In this document: one piece after another, positions 27,078 to 37,053 of the stretch
Layout of the letters: every line of letters starts with the position of its first letter
Position numbering within the stretch: position 1 is the first letter of the stretch
Assembly (NCBI GenBank): GCA_035285125.1
Contig: JAYKHR010000066.1
Span: 96,001 to 160,000 of the forward strand
From: Candidatus Sericytochromatia bacterium
Lineage (GTDB): Bacteria; Cyanobacteriota; Sericytochromatia; S15B-MN24; JAQBPE01
DNA: 64,000 bases
Direction of reading: 5' to 3'
The notes under the pieces: generated by a model
Seen by the model: the letters and a program-made list of their open reading frames with translations, nothing else
What the model was told of the DNA's origin: nothing
Database searches by the model: none
Position numbers and translations under genes: made by a program

Positions 27078-27847
27078 GAACGTACCTCCGAAGTGGCCCC
27101 AGGGGGCCGGGTGAGCACCTCTCGGACAAACGCCGGGAGGGTGGAGCGCATGCGCTGAATTCGCCACGGCTCCTGAAGCAACCGGAACAGCCACTCCAGA
27201 TGAAGGCGTCTGAAGGCGGCCGGGGCCCGGCGCACCCGGCCCGCAAACACGTCGAAGCTCCCCCCGACCCCCATCGCGACGGGTACCCCGATCGCGCCCA
27301 GGTGCTGCCGGATCCACTTCTCTTGCCTTGGCACGCCAAGCGCCACGAGGAGAACGTCTGGGGCTGCAGCTCTGATGCCGGCCAGCACGTCGGGCTCCTC
27401 CGCGGCAGCAAAGAACCCGTCTCGCACACCAGCCAGGTGAAACCCAGGATGCACGGCTGCCAGGGCCTCCGCGGCGGCTTGGGCGACACCGGGCTGCCCG
27501 CCCAGCAGGTAGAACCGCCAGCCGGACGCCGCCCCCGCGGAGACGAGTTCACGCACGAGGTCCACGCCAGCCACCTTCTCGAGGCCCTTCTGCGGCATCT
27601 GACGCCTGACGGCCCACACGACGCCTGAGCCGTCAGGCACGACCAGGCCCGCCGCCCGGATGATGTCCCCAAGTTCCGCATCCCGCTGCGCCTGCATGGC
27701 CATCTCAGCGTTCATCGTGACGATGTGGAGCGGAGTCCCGGGGGCGGCCCGGGGCCCGGCCAGCACGTCTGCAACGCGGGCGACGGCGCCCTCCATCGGC
27801 AACAGATCGACCGGCAGGTCCAACACAAAGGCGCGGTCAGCCACCAC
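27074..27847 (-). CDS. tagA: WecB/TagA/CpsF glycosyltransferase
   Basis: TMNAE, PDGSGV, VAGVDL, ALGVPRQEKW, GVGGSFD, RAP, EWLFRL. Confidence 0.88.
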   Translation of the reverse strand: MVADRAFVLDLPVDLLPMEGAVARVADVLAGPRAAPGTPLHIVTMNAEMAMQAQRDAELGDIIRAAGLVVPDGSGVVWAVRRQMPQKGLEKVAGVDLVRELVSAGAASGWRFYLLGGQPGVAQAAAEALAAVHPGFHLAGVRDGFFAAAEEPDVLAGIRAAAPDVLLVALGVPRQEKWIRQHLGAIGVPVAMGVGGSFDVFAGRVRRAPAAFRRLHLEWLFRLLQEPWRIQRMRSTLPAFVREVLTRPPGATSEVRS

Positions 27848-29039
27848 GCACCACCCCGGGCCGCGCCACCGAGAGGGCCACCTCCACGTTGCGCCGCGCC
27901 TTGATGCGCCAGCCCTCAGCCTTGGCCGCAAGGACCTGTCGCGCCTCCAACCGTGTGGCCCAGGCCTCGCGCAGCAAGTTCGCCAGGGCATCGGCCTCGC
28001 GCACCGCCTCGACGGACGGAAGCGCCGGGAAGCCGGCCTGCCGGGCGAAGGCTTCCACCTTGGGGTCATACACCACAGCCACGCAGGGGGTGCCGACGGC
28101 AGCAGCCATGATCAGCGCGTGCAGCCTCATTCCGAGCACCATATCGACGCGCTTCAGGAGCCCCATCATTTCAGCCGGCGAAAGCACGTCCTCGAGCATC
28201 AGCAGGGGAGGTCGCTGGGGTTCGGGGCGGGCCGCAAGGCACTGGGCCAGCTCGTCGAGCAGCCAGCGGTCGTCGGGGTGGTGGAAGGGGAGCAGCAGCA
28301 CCTGCGCGTGCCAGTCGCTCGCCGTTTGGGCCAAAACGGCGGACAGGGTCTTCAGGCCCTGTTCGGTCCAGCTGCGCCAGGGCCGAAGAGACACGGCCAC
28401 CACCGGACGGCCAGGGTCGAGTCCCAGGCGCGCCCAGATACCCTCCACCACGTGGTCGGCTGCAGGTGGCAGCGCCAGCACCGGATCTGCCGTGACCTCG
28501 ATGGCGTCGGCAGGCACCCCACAGGCGACCAGCAGGCTCGCGGAAGCCTCGTCCCGAACGGTCACGGCCTGGAGGCGGCTGACGACGCCGCCCACCAGGT
28601 GACGGCTGGCCCCGTGTCGCAGGGGACCGACGCCCTGGCCCAGCATGATCGCCGGGGTGCCCGCCAGTCGCGCCAGGGCCATCAGGCCCGTGTAGTAAGG
28701 GACGGAGCCTGGCCCCGTGACGTCCTGGAGGAGACTCCCCCCACCACTGATGAACAGGGAGGCCCTGCGGAGTTCCGCCCAAATGGCTGGGATGTCCAAC
28801 CGCTGGACGGCGTCGATGCCCAACTGCCGGGTGCCGACGGGGTCAGCCGACAGCGCCACCAGCCTGGCATCAGGAGCTACCTGTGACACCAGCGAGGCGA
28901 GCGCCGCGAGGATGGCCTCATCGCCCGTGTTGCCGAAGCCGAAGTAGCCAGAGACCAGAATGCGACGGGGCCCTTGGGCAGCGCCGGAGTTGGCGTCGGA
29001 GGCAGGGAGGTCGGCCACGGGCCGAGGTCCAGCGGTCAC
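27837..29039 (-). CDS. csaB: Polysaccharide pyruvyl transferase CsaB
   Basis: SGYFGFGNTGDEA, GGGSLLQDVT, GQGVGPL, GMRLHALI, YDPKV. Confidence 0.9.
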   Translation of the reverse strand: MTAGPRPVADLPASDANSGAAQGPRRILVSGYFGFGNTGDEAILAALASLVSQVAPDARLVALSADPVGTRQLGIDAVQRLDIPAIWAELRRASLFISGGGSLLQDVTGPGSVPYYTGLMALARLAGTPAIMLGQGVGPLRHGASRHLVGGVVSRLQAVTVRDEASASLLVACGVPADAIEVTADPVLALPPAADHVVEGIWARLGLDPGRPVVAVSLRPWRSWTEQGLKTLSAVLAQTASDWHAQVLLLPFHHPDDRWLLDELAQCLAARPEPQRPPLLMLEDVLSPAEMMGLLKRVDMVLGMRLHALIMAAAVGTPCVAVVYDPKVEAFARQAGFPALPSVEAVREADALANLLREAWATRLEARQVLAAKAEGWRIKARRNVEVALSVARPGVVRGG

Positions 29040-29046
29040 GACGCGC

Positions 29047-29514
29047 TCAGTCCTTGTTCTGCTGGTCGATGGCCCAGCCGATCATCTCAGGCGTGCAGAA
29101 CCCGTACCCGATCAGGATGGAACCGAGCAGTTCCCCTGTGTTCTCTTGCTCGACCAGGGCGATGTCGAGCTGAGCAGGCGTGATGCATCGGGTGCGCAGC
29201 AGGATCTGGCCGAGCCGCAAGTCAGCAAGCTGTGCACGGAGAGCGGCATGGATGTCCTCAACCGTCGCGTGGCCCTGTTCCACCACGATTTCCCCAAGCA
29301 AGCGACCGGGATGGTGCGCCTGCAGGGCGAGGCAGGTTTCGAGGGTGTCGACCGTCAAGATTCGGCTGCGAATGAGCAACTGGCCGATGCGGTTGTCCTC
29401 GATCACGGAGTCGTGCACCGCGTAGGGCGGCACAAGTTCAGGAACCGTGTAGTCGTCCGGTCCTGCCTCCTCGAGAGGGTCTTGGGACAACGACGCGTGC
29501 TGCAGATCTTCCAC
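29047..29514 (-). CDS. Small protein with four MshEN-like (c-di-GMP-binding type) repeats
   Basis: RIGQLL..LxxQ, LLGEIV..LxxQ, RLGQIL..LxxQ, LLGSIL..IxxQ. Confidence 0.7.
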   Translation of the reverse strand: MEDLQHASLSQDPLEEAGPDDYTVPELVPPYAVHDSVIEDNRIGQLLIRSRILTVDTLETCLALQAHHPGRLLGEIVVEQGHATVEDIHAALRAQLADLRLGQILLRTRCITPAQLDIALVEQENTGELLGSILIGYGFCTPEMIGWAIDQQNKD

Positions 29515-29740
29515 TGGAGTCTCCCGGTTTGGGGGCCCGGTGCCCCGCGGGCGAACCAGGCGCGATCTGCCCGGCGGGCGAGGTCCATCTTAACCCTCCA
29601 CGGCTGGCTGCGTCAAGCCGTCAGGGCCGTCCCTGCTTGATTTGGGCCCATGCCGGCAGGTGCACGAGCGGGTTGTCCAGGCAGCGCAGAGGCCGTATGA
29701 TGACACGCCTGAGCAGGACAAGGGACAGGGGCGTGACCAG

Positions 29741-31078
29741 ATGGCGTGGCTGCAAGGAACCAGGTGGCTGACGGTTCGGGCTTGCCTGGCAACCCTTGGG
29801 GTGCTTGCCCTCAGCGCGCCAGGCGAGTGCGCCCCGGTCGTTCATCGGCTGGCAAACGGACTGCGCGTCGTGCTGGTGGAGGATCACAAGGCCCCACTCG
29901 TGGCTGTGCAGGTCTGGTACCAGGTGGGCAGCAAGGACGAGCGGCCGGGCCTCACGGGTGCCTCCCACCTGCTGGAACACATGATGTTCCAGGGAGCGAG
30001 GCGCTACGGTCCGGGCGAGTTCGACCGGCAGTTGGTGCGGCGCGGTGGTCAGAACAACGCCTTCACGACCACCGACTTCACGGCTTACCACGAGGTGCTC
30101 GCCAGCGAGCACCTGGGCCTGGCCCTCGACCTCGAGGCCGACCGCATGACGGGGGCGCTGCTCCCCGCCGACAAGCTCGAGAGTGAGCGCGAGGTCGTCA
30201 AGGAGGAGCTGAGAGGGAGCAGCGACAACTCCCCCCTCGGAGCGGCCTGGGACCTGCTGCCGTCGCTGACGTGGCTGGCGAAGTCCTACCACTGGCCGGT
30301 GGGAGGCTGGACCAGCGACCTGGACACCGTGTCTCGCGCGGACCTCCTGGGCCACTACCGGTCCCACTACCACCCAGCCAATGCCGTGCTCGTCCTGGTT
30401 GGAGACTTCAAGCAGGCCGAGGCCCTCCGGTCAGTTTCAGCCGCCTTTGGGCGACTGCCGGCCGGCCCCAAACCGCCGAGGGTCCGGACGCGAGAGCCCC
30501 TGATGCGCGGGGAGCGGCAGGCCGACTTGTTGCGGGACGTCGCGACGCCCGTCGTCCTTGCGGGCTATCGCCTGCCGGCCGCGGGGTCGGCAGACCTGCC
30601 CGCTTTTCAAGTGCTGGCCCGAATCTTGTCTCATGGCAGGTCCTCTCGGCTTCACAGCGAGGTGGTCGAGGCTCGACGCCTGGCGCGGGAGGTGGACGCC
30701 GGCCTGGACGAGGGCACGGAGGGCAGCTTGTTCTACGTCGCCACGTTGCCCCGGCCGGGTGTCACGCCCGAGGCTGCACGCCAGGGCTGCGATGCCGTGC
30801 TGGAGGGGCTGAGGCGGCGGGGGCCGTCGGCAGCGGAGGTGGCGCGCGCGGTCAAGGTGATCGAGGCTGAGCGCCTGATCGAACGCGAGACTGCACAGGG
30901 CGTGGCTGAGGCCATCGGCCGGCGGGTGTCGCTTCACGGAAACGCGGACTTGCAAGCGGAGGTCAGCCAACTCCGCCGCGTCACCGCAGCGCGCGTCAGG
31001 GAGGTGGCCCGGAAACACCTGGCCCGAGCCAACAGGGCCGTGATCACCGTGCGCCCCGCCAGGCGGGAGGACAACTGA
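29741..31078 (+). CDS. M16 family zinc peptidase, catalytic subunit
   Basis: HLLEHMMF (HxxEH), NAFTT, EREVVKEE; N-terminal signal-like segment. Confidence 0.9.
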   Translation: MAWLQGTRWLTVRACLATLGVLALSAPGECAPVVHRLANGLRVVLVEDHKAPLVAVQVWYQVGSKDERPGLTGASHLLEHMMFQGARRYGPGEFDRQLVRRGGQNNAFTTTDFTAYHEVLASEHLGLALDLEADRMTGALLPADKLESEREVVKEELRGSSDNSPLGAAWDLLPSLTWLAKSYHWPVGGWTSDLDTVSRADLLGHYRSHYHPANAVLVLVGDFKQAEALRSVSAAFGRLPAGPKPPRVRTREPLMRGERQADLLRDVATPVVLAGYRLPAAGSADLPAFQVLARILSHGRSSRLHSEVVEARRLAREVDAGLDEGTEGSLFYVATLPRPGVTPEAARQGCDAVLEGLRRRGPSAAEVARAVKVIEAERLIERETAQGVAEAIGRRVSLHGNADLQAEVSQLRRVTAARVREVARKHLARANRAVITVRPARREDN

Positions 31079-32550
31079 TGCGCAGCAAGCTACTTGCCCT
31101 GGCGCTGGTGACGCTGGGGGCCACCCAGGCTCTCAGCGGGTGCGCCTGGCTCCTCGCCTCACCTCAGCCGGAGGCCCCACGCCGTTCGGCCCTGCCGCCG
31201 GTCCCCACCCCATCAGCGGAGCCGACGGCCCGCCCCTTCGTGCTGCCTGCGCCGAGCCGCGTCAAGCTTCCGAACGGCCTCGTGGCCTGGTCCGTGCGCC
31301 GTCGCCACCTGCCACTCGTCACCGTACGGCTGGTGGTGCGGGCAGGGGAGCGCCACGAGGAGAGTCGATTTGCTGGCACCGCTGCCATCACGGCCGAGTT
31401 GCTCCGCCGCGGGGCAGGCGCTCGGGACGCTCGTCAGTACCAGGCCGCGTTGGACGCCACGGGCGGCCGCTTTGCCTTCGAGGCAGGGCCCGACGCCACC
31501 GTCATCACGGCCACGGTCCTGCGGAGAGACCTCGATCTGGCCGTATCATTGCTGGCCGACGCGGTGCAGGATCCCTGGTTCGAGGTCCAGGAACTCGCTG
31601 AGGTGTGTCGCGAGCACCAAGCTGACATCGACGGCCTGCGGGACGACGGCGATGCTCTGGCGGACACGCTGCTACGCCATGTCGTGCTCCGCGGGCACCC
31701 TTACGGCAGGCTCCCCTCCCGCCGGGCCATCGACGCCTTGATGCGGAGGGACGTGCGACGCTTTCACCGATCGTGGTTCAGGCCAGAGCGGACCCACCTC
31801 ACGATCGTGGGAGACGTGACCGCGACCGAAGCACGTCAGGTGGTGGCCCGGCGCTTCGGCGCCTGGCGGCGCCATGCAGCGGCCCAGCGAGAGCCCGGGA
31901 GACAGGCCCCGCCCAAGGCACCCACCCGGATGCAGGTGTGGGTCATGGACCTCGCCGTGAGCCAGAGCTACATCCGGCTCGGCACCCCTTTGCCCGCGCG
32001 ATCCAAGCTGGCGTGGCACCAGGTAGACGCCCTCAACTTTGTCCTGGGAGGCGACTTCACGTCCCGGCTCAACCTCGAACTGCGAGACCGTCAGGGGCTC
32101 GCCTACGGGGCTTACAGCAGGTTCGAGGCCTGGCGAGAGGCCGGCCTGCTCTCCGCGCGCGTCAACACCCGCACGGAGTCTACGCGTCGAGCCGTCGACA
32201 GGCTGCTCGCCGTCGTGCGCGGGCTTCGCAGAACCGCCCCCTCGCGCGACGAAGCGGAGACGGCGCGGCGCTACCTCTCAGGGTCCTTCCCGATGCGCTT
32301 CGAGACCAACGCCGCCCTCGCCGAGGAGTTCTCGGACCTGGCACTTTGCGGGCTCCCAGAGGCAGCCGTTGCTGGCTACCGAGAGGCGCTTCGGGGCGTG
32401 ACGCCCGGCAGCCTTTACCGGCAGGCCCGGGCCTACGTGCCTGACCAGGGCCTTCACCTGGTGGTGGTGGGCCCTGCCGGCAAGATCGTGCCCGCCCTCA
32501 GAGGCCTCGGCGACGTCAAGGTGTTGCGCCGGGACGAGGCCTTCCGCTAA
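31078..32550 (+). CDS. M16 family partner subunit (non-catalytic), probable lipoprotein
   Basis: No HxxEH; LGGDFTSRL..LRDRQGLAY; lipobox LSGC. Confidence 0.82.
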   Translation: MRSKLLALALVTLGATQALSGCAWLLASPQPEAPRRSALPPVPTPSAEPTARPFVLPAPSRVKLPNGLVAWSVRRRHLPLVTVRLVVRAGERHEESRFAGTAAITAELLRRGAGARDARQYQAALDATGGRFAFEAGPDATVITATVLRRDLDLAVSLLADAVQDPWFEVQELAEVCREHQADIDGLRDDGDALADTLLRHVVLRGHPYGRLPSRRAIDALMRRDVRRFHRSWFRPERTHLTIVGDVTATEARQVVARRFGAWRRHAAAQREPGRQAPPKAPTRMQVWVMDLAVSQSYIRLGTPLPARSKLAWHQVDALNFVLGGDFTSRLNLELRDRQGLAYGAYSRFEAWREAGLLSARVNTRTESTRRAVDRLLAVVRGLRRTAPSRDEAETARRYLSGSFPMRFETNAALAEEFSDLALCGLPEAAVAGYREALRGVTPGSLYRQARAYVPDQGLHLVVVGPAGKIVPALRGLGDVKVLRRDEAFR

Positions 32551-32554
32551 CGGG

Positions 32555-33748
32555 TCAGCCGGCCTCCGGGGCCATGTCCGTCGCCACTGCGGGCGCCTCG
32601 GCAGACGAAACGACCGGCAGGGGGCCCGACGGCTCGTCGTCCGACGGGGGGCCGAGGAGAAGCTTTCCTACAGTGTAGGTGAGGACTGCACGCACCACTG
32701 TCGCGATCGGCACCGCGATGAGCAGGCCCACCGGCCCACCATAGTGCTCCCCGACCAGCAACGCAAGCACGACCAACGCCGGGTGCAACTCGGCGTTGTG
32801 ACCGATGATGTTGGGGTTCAGGAAGTTGGCCTCGATGAGGTGGATCAGCAGGATCCAAATCAAAGCCAGCAAGCCCGTCGCTGGAGAGTTGGTGAGCGCC
32901 ACGGCGACAATCGGAACCGAACTGAAGAGGGTGCCGAAGACGGGAATCAGGCTGAAAAAGCCTGCGAGCACACCCAGCGTGATGGCGAACTTGACGCCAA
33001 GGACCATCAGCCCGAGGGTCGTGAGGACCCCGTTGACGATGCACACGCCGATCTGCCCCCGAACGGCTCCCGCGAGTCCCCGGTCGATGTCGGCCATCAG
33101 CGCCCGAGTCGGAGACCGGTACGCGGCCGGCACCAGCCGCGACAACCAGCGTTTGAGACGGGGGAGGTCGTAAAGCAAGAAGCCTGTGAGCATGAAGACC
33201 AGCACCACCATCAAGATGGCGGAAAAAACACCTGCAATGAGGTCCCTGGCCCTCTTGGCCAGCTCGCCGAGCTGGCCGTTGATGGCCTCGAACATGCCCG
33301 TGATGCCGTCGTGAAGCGACTTTTTCAGGTCAAAGGGAACGTTGTAGGTGTCGAGGTGGCTCTGCCAGGTGATCATCAGGCCCGGCAGCACCTCCCGCTC
33401 GAACTGGATGAGCTGCTTGGGCAGCACCTGGGCGAGCCGAGCAAACTCCTGGTAGAGGTGGGGCAACACAAAGAGGCCGACAAACCAGAGGGCGAGCCCG
33501 AAAGCCGCGTAGACCCCTGCAATGCCCACCAGCCGCCCGAGCGGCCGGCCGAAGGGGGTCAGCCGAGCGATTGCTGAGACGGCAGGATTCAGCAGGTAGA
33601 CCAGCACGAAGGCGATGTAAAAGGGCGTCAGCGTTTTGCCCAGCACCACGACGGCGCCCAGGCACAACAGCAGCACCGCCACCACGAGGAGGCCGCGGGT
33701 GGCGTCACTCGGGGGCCACGACAGGGTGCGCAGGGGTTGATCCTCCAC
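32555..33748 (-). CDS. AI-2E/PerM family transporter
   Basis: AFVLVYLLNP, IP.FG, EANFLNP, GPVGLLIAVP. Confidence 0.85.
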   Translation of the reverse strand: MEDQPLRTLSWPPSDATRGLLVVAVLLLCLGAVVVLGKTLTPFYIAFVLVYLLNPAVSAIARLTPFGRPLGRLVGIAGVYAAFGLALWFVGLFVLPHLYQEFARLAQVLPKQLIQFEREVLPGLMITWQSHLDTYNVPFDLKKSLHDGITGMFEAINGQLGELAKRARDLIAGVFSAILMVVLVFMLTGFLLYDLPRLKRWLSRLVPAAYRSPTRALMADIDRGLAGAVRGQIGVCIVNGVLTTLGLMVLGVKFAITLGVLAGFFSLIPVFGTLFSSVPIVAVALTNSPATGLLALIWILLIHLIEANFLNPNIIGHNAELHPALVVLALLVGEHYGGPVGLLIAVPIATVVRAVLTYTVGKLLLGPPSDDEPSGPLPVVSSAEAPAVATDMAPEAG

Positions 33749-33754
33749 CGAGTG

Positions 33755-34609
33755 TCAGAGCCTCGCGAGTACGCCGCGGACCAACTGTTCCAGCTTGGGG
33801 CCAACCCGGCGAGCGACCTCGAGGATCTCGTCCTCCGAAGCGTGATGGCCTGCGTCGGGGATCGCCATGTCGGACACCGTCGCAATCCCGAGCACCTTGA
33901 TGCCCGCATGGGTGGCCGCAATCGCCTCTGGCACGGTGGACATGCCGACCGAGTCCGCCCCGATGCGCGTCAGGAACCTGAGCTCCGCCTTGGTCAGGAA
34001 CGCCGGGCCGGAGATGGCGGCGTAGACGCCTTCATGGACGTACAGCCCTTGCGAGGTGGCAACCTCTCGAGCCAACGCGATGAGTTCGGGCCTGTAAGCT
34101 CCGTACATCACGGGGAAGCGGTCCCCCAGGTCCGGATCGTTGGGCCCCGTGAGTGGGTTCGCGCCCATCATGTTGATGTGGTCGCTAATCAGCATCAGGT
34201 CGCCCGCCCGGAATCGAAAATTCAGCCCCCCCGTGGCACACGTCACAATGAGGGTCTCAATCCCGAGTGCCTTCATGACCCGCACAGGGAAGACCACCTG
34301 CTGAGGCGTATGCCCCTCGTACAGGTGGAACCGCCCCTGCATCACGGCGACAGGCAGGCCATCGAGTTGCCCGAGCACCATGTTGCCCTTGTGTCCGGGG
34401 GCCGTGGCGACCGGGAAGTGGGGGATGTCGCCGTAGGGGATGCGAACAGCACCGTCAACGCCGTCTGCCAGCCCACCGAGACCGCTGCCCAGGATGATGC
34501 CCACCCGAGGATGAGATCCTCCCTGGCTTCTCAGGAACGAGGCGGCCTCCTCCACGCGTTGCCGCTGGTCGAGGAGGACGGGAGAGACGGCCGTGGCAGG
34601 GGCTTTCAT
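33755..34609 (-). CDS. punA: Purine-nucleoside phosphorylase (trimeric type)
   Basis: ILGSGLG, PGHKG, QGRFHLYEG, DHIN, VGMSTVPE. Confidence 0.9.
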   Translation of the reverse strand: MKAPATAVSPVLLDQRQRVEEAASFLRSQGGSHPRVGIILGSGLGGLADGVDGAVRIPYGDIPHFPVATAPGHKGNMVLGQLDGLPVAVMQGRFHLYEGHTPQQVVFPVRVMKALGIETLIVTCATGGLNFRFRAGDLMLISDHINMMGANPLTGPNDPDLGDRFPVMYGAYRPELIALAREVATSQGLYVHEGVYAAISGPAFLTKAELRFLTRIGADSVGMSTVPEAIAATHAGIKVLGIATVSDMAIPDAGHHASEDEILEVARRVGPKLEQLVRGVLARL

Positions 34610-34632
34610 AGGGGTTGAACCTCCAGCAAGAA

Positions 34633-34656
34633 CGCCCCGCCGAGTGAGGCGGGGCG
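34633..34656 (-). terminator. Hairpin after the tRNA cluster
   Basis: cgccccgcc..ggcggggcg followed by TTCTT on the minus strand. Confidence 0.55.
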
Positions 34657-34667
34657 GAGAATGCGAG

Positions 34668-34740
<73 letters not shown>

Positions 34741-34831
34741 GCATCTGTTACCGAGGGTAACGTACCGATTGTAGCACGTACTAGTCGTGGCGCAACCTGC
34801 GGTTTAGGCGTGGTCGGGTCGCGACAAGCAG

Positions 34832-34921
34832 CGGGCAGGGAGGGATTCGAACCCTCGGTACGGGGTTAAGCCGTACACATCATTTCCAGTGATGCCCTTT
34901 CGACCACTCAGGCACCTGCCC
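34832..34921 (-). tRNA. tRNA-Ser(GGA)
   Basis: GGGCAGG acceptor stem, CATCACT-GGA-AATGATG anticodon arm, long variable arm. Confidence 0.95.
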
Positions 34922-34929
34922 TGGAGAAG

Positions 34930-35002
<73 letters not shown>

Positions 35003-35017
35003 GTCCACTTCGGCGTC

Positions 35018-35047
35018 AGGTTACCACCCCGCACTCCTGCCTGTCAA
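35018..35047 (-). promoter_or_regulatory. Sigma70-like promoter of the tRNA Lys-Ser cluster
   Basis: TTGACA-N18-TAACCT with TG extension. Confidence 0.55.
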
Positions 35048-35096
35048 ACGCCCCATGGGGCGAGGCCCCGCCCCCGAGGCGTGTATAATCTTGGGA

Positions 35097-36080
35097 ATGG
35101 GAACCACGTGTCACCACCTGCTGCGGCTCGCCCTATCCTTTGCGGCCGTGTTCCCGCTGCTGACTTGGGGCGCCGCGGTGCCCGCAGACGCTTCGAGGCA
35201 GCGGGGCGCCCGTCCAGTTCGGCCGGTGCTCGTCCAACGGCTGGCTTATGACGCGCAGCGCCACACGATCGTGCTGGGCGTGACGGGCCACCTCGGGGTG
35301 GCGACACGCACCGTGGCGAACCCGCTGAGGCTGGTGGTGGACCTGCCTGGAGCCCGGCTCGCCACCCGCAACCGCGCCCTGACCGTCGGCGACCCCCTGG
35401 TCGCCAGGGTGCGGGTGGCGCAGTTCGCCGTCTGGCCCCCCGTCGTGAGGGTCGTCATCGAACCCACGGGCCCCGACGAGCCGCGCCTGGCGGTTCAGCA
35501 GGACGGCCGCCGCCTCTACATCACCGTGGCGCCGCCTACAGCCCAGCCGGCTGCCGCTTCGCCGCAACCCCTGGTGCCTGCGGCCGGCCCCCCCGAGGAA
35601 GCTGCTGGCGACCTCCCGCTGTCCCCTCTGCCGGTGCTGACTGCACCCCCGGCAATCCTGCTTCCGGCCACGCCGGGCCTCCCCCCTGCCTCATCGTCCG
35701 TCCCGCCACTCACGCGCCCGGGCATCCAGCAGCGTCTCAGGCCCGCCCCGGCCACCGCGCCGGCGAAGCGCAACGAGGCTGATGCTTGGCCCTTGGTGCT
35801 GCCGCAGGGACGGCCGGTGGGGCAACCTGGGGCTACGCCCGGGGATCCGCGTGCTCCCCTGGCGGCCCCCCCGACCCCAGTGGCCCCTCCGAACGCCGCC
35901 CCCCTCGCCACCCCACCCGGCGGCCCGGAGGCTGCCCCCTTCCCGGCCCCTGGGGCAGACGCCCCGCTCGAGACCGACCCGTTTCCCACGCCCGTGCCCG
36001 CCCCGCCTCAACGCGAGCCTGGCCCAGGCTCTGTCCTGCCTCCGGGCGCGCCGACGTCTGACGGACCAGGGGCTGGCTGA
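35097..36080 (+). CDS. AMIN-domain exported protein with long Pro-rich tail
   Basis: NPLRLVVDLPGA, VARVRVAQF..VRVVIE; start uncertain; TATAAT at 35084-35089. Confidence 0.72.
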   Translation: MGTTCHHLLRLALSFAAVFPLLTWGAAVPADASRQRGARPVRPVLVQRLAYDAQRHTIVLGVTGHLGVATRTVANPLRLVVDLPGARLATRNRALTVGDPLVARVRVAQFAVWPPVVRVVIEPTGPDEPRLAVQQDGRRLYITVAPPTAQPAAASPQPLVPAAGPPEEAAGDLPLSPLPVLTAPPAILLPATPGLPPASSSVPPLTRPGIQQRLRPAPATAPAKRNEADAWPLVLPQGRPVGQPGATPGDPRAPLAAPPTPVAPPNAAPLATPPGGPEAAPFPAPGADAPLETDPFPTPVPAPPQREPGPGSVLPPGAPTSDGPGAG

Positions 36081-36469
36081 TGTCCCATTTCACTCGCGTC
36101 AAGACGCGGATGACGGATGCCGACGTGCTGTGCCAGGCGCTGCGCGATCTGGGCCACGAACCGGAGCGCCACGCTCGCGTCCGCGGCTGGGAAGGCAGGT
36201 CCGCGGCGGCAGAGGTCGTCGTTCGCCCTGGCGGCGCCTTCGACGTGGGCTTTGAACGCTCTGAAGACGGCTCGTTGCAGGTCGTGGCGGATTGGTGGGG
36301 GGTGGGGCGCGACACCGGATTGCGCGAGGCGGCCTTTCTCCCACCCCTCTTGCAGCGGTATGCCTACCACACCGTGCTCACGCAGGCCGCCGCGCAGGGG
36401 TTCCAGGTCGTCCAGGAAACAGTGGGCGCCGACAGGGGCATCAAGCTCACCATTCGTCGTTGGCGCTGA
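36080..36469 (+). CDS. DUF1257/Ycf35 family protein
   Basis: MSHFTRVKT..LCQALRDLG, DVGF, VVADWW, QRYAY, LTIRRW. Confidence 0.85.
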   Translation: MSHFTRVKTRMTDADVLCQALRDLGHEPERHARVRGWEGRSAAAEVVVRPGGAFDVGFERSEDGSLQVVADWWGVGRDTGLREAAFLPPLLQRYAYHTVLTQAAAQGFQVVQETVGADRGIKLTIRRWR

Positions 36470-36938
36470 GATCCGCGGCACGGCTCCCTCCCAACGACGG
36501 GGCGTAGCCTGGGTCCGGCGTGGCCTCATCCTCGGCGAGTGCCCTGGCGATGGCAGGTTCCAGACCAGATCTCAGCGCTGGCCTTGCCGTCCACCCGTCG
36601 GCGTCGACCTCGATGCGAAGCCCCCAGACGAGAGGCGCCCAGTGCCCGCGGCGGGGCACCTTGGCGGCCCGGACCGCCCTCCCGCGCAGAGGCATCCCTT
36701 CGTCTGCGAGCGGCGCCAGCACAGCCGCAAGGGCGCGGGGTACGTACCCCAAGCTCCGCAGCTCTCCTGCCTCGTCTCGCCAGGAGACGGCGATGGCGTT
36801 CGCGTCGAAGCCGTTGTCGGGCTCGCGCCTGAGCTCGATCGTGTCGCCAGGCTTCACGCGTTTCACGTGAGGCTGCCGAGGGGTGCCATCGGGGTTGTCG
36901 AAGGTCACCCCGGCCACCCGCGTCGAGATCGGAAACAT
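36447..36938 (-). CDS. HIRAN domain protein
   Basis: VAGVTF, LRREPDNGFDANAI, LGYVPR. Confidence 0.85.
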   Translation of the reverse strand: MFPISTRVAGVTFDNPDGTPRQPHVKRVKPGDTIELRREPDNGFDANAIAVSWRDEAGELRSLGYVPRALAAVLAPLADEGMPLRGRAVRAAKVPRRGHWAPLVWGLRIEVDADGWTARPALRSGLEPAIARALAEDEATPDPGYAPSLGGSRAADLSANDEW

Positions 36939-37053
36939 CGTCGGGCCCTCCTCACCGCCTGGCAAGCGGCCTCAAGCCTGTTCCAGTATAATGCGGGGGC
37001 CTCGCGGGCGTCCGGCCCAGGCAGGCCCGCATCCTTCCCTTCGGCGCCCCGTG

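Noticed and set aside
35540..36080. Low-complexity C-rich repeats (also 44040-44340)
   Set aside because: They encode Pro/Ala-rich protein linkers and are not discrete DNA repeats
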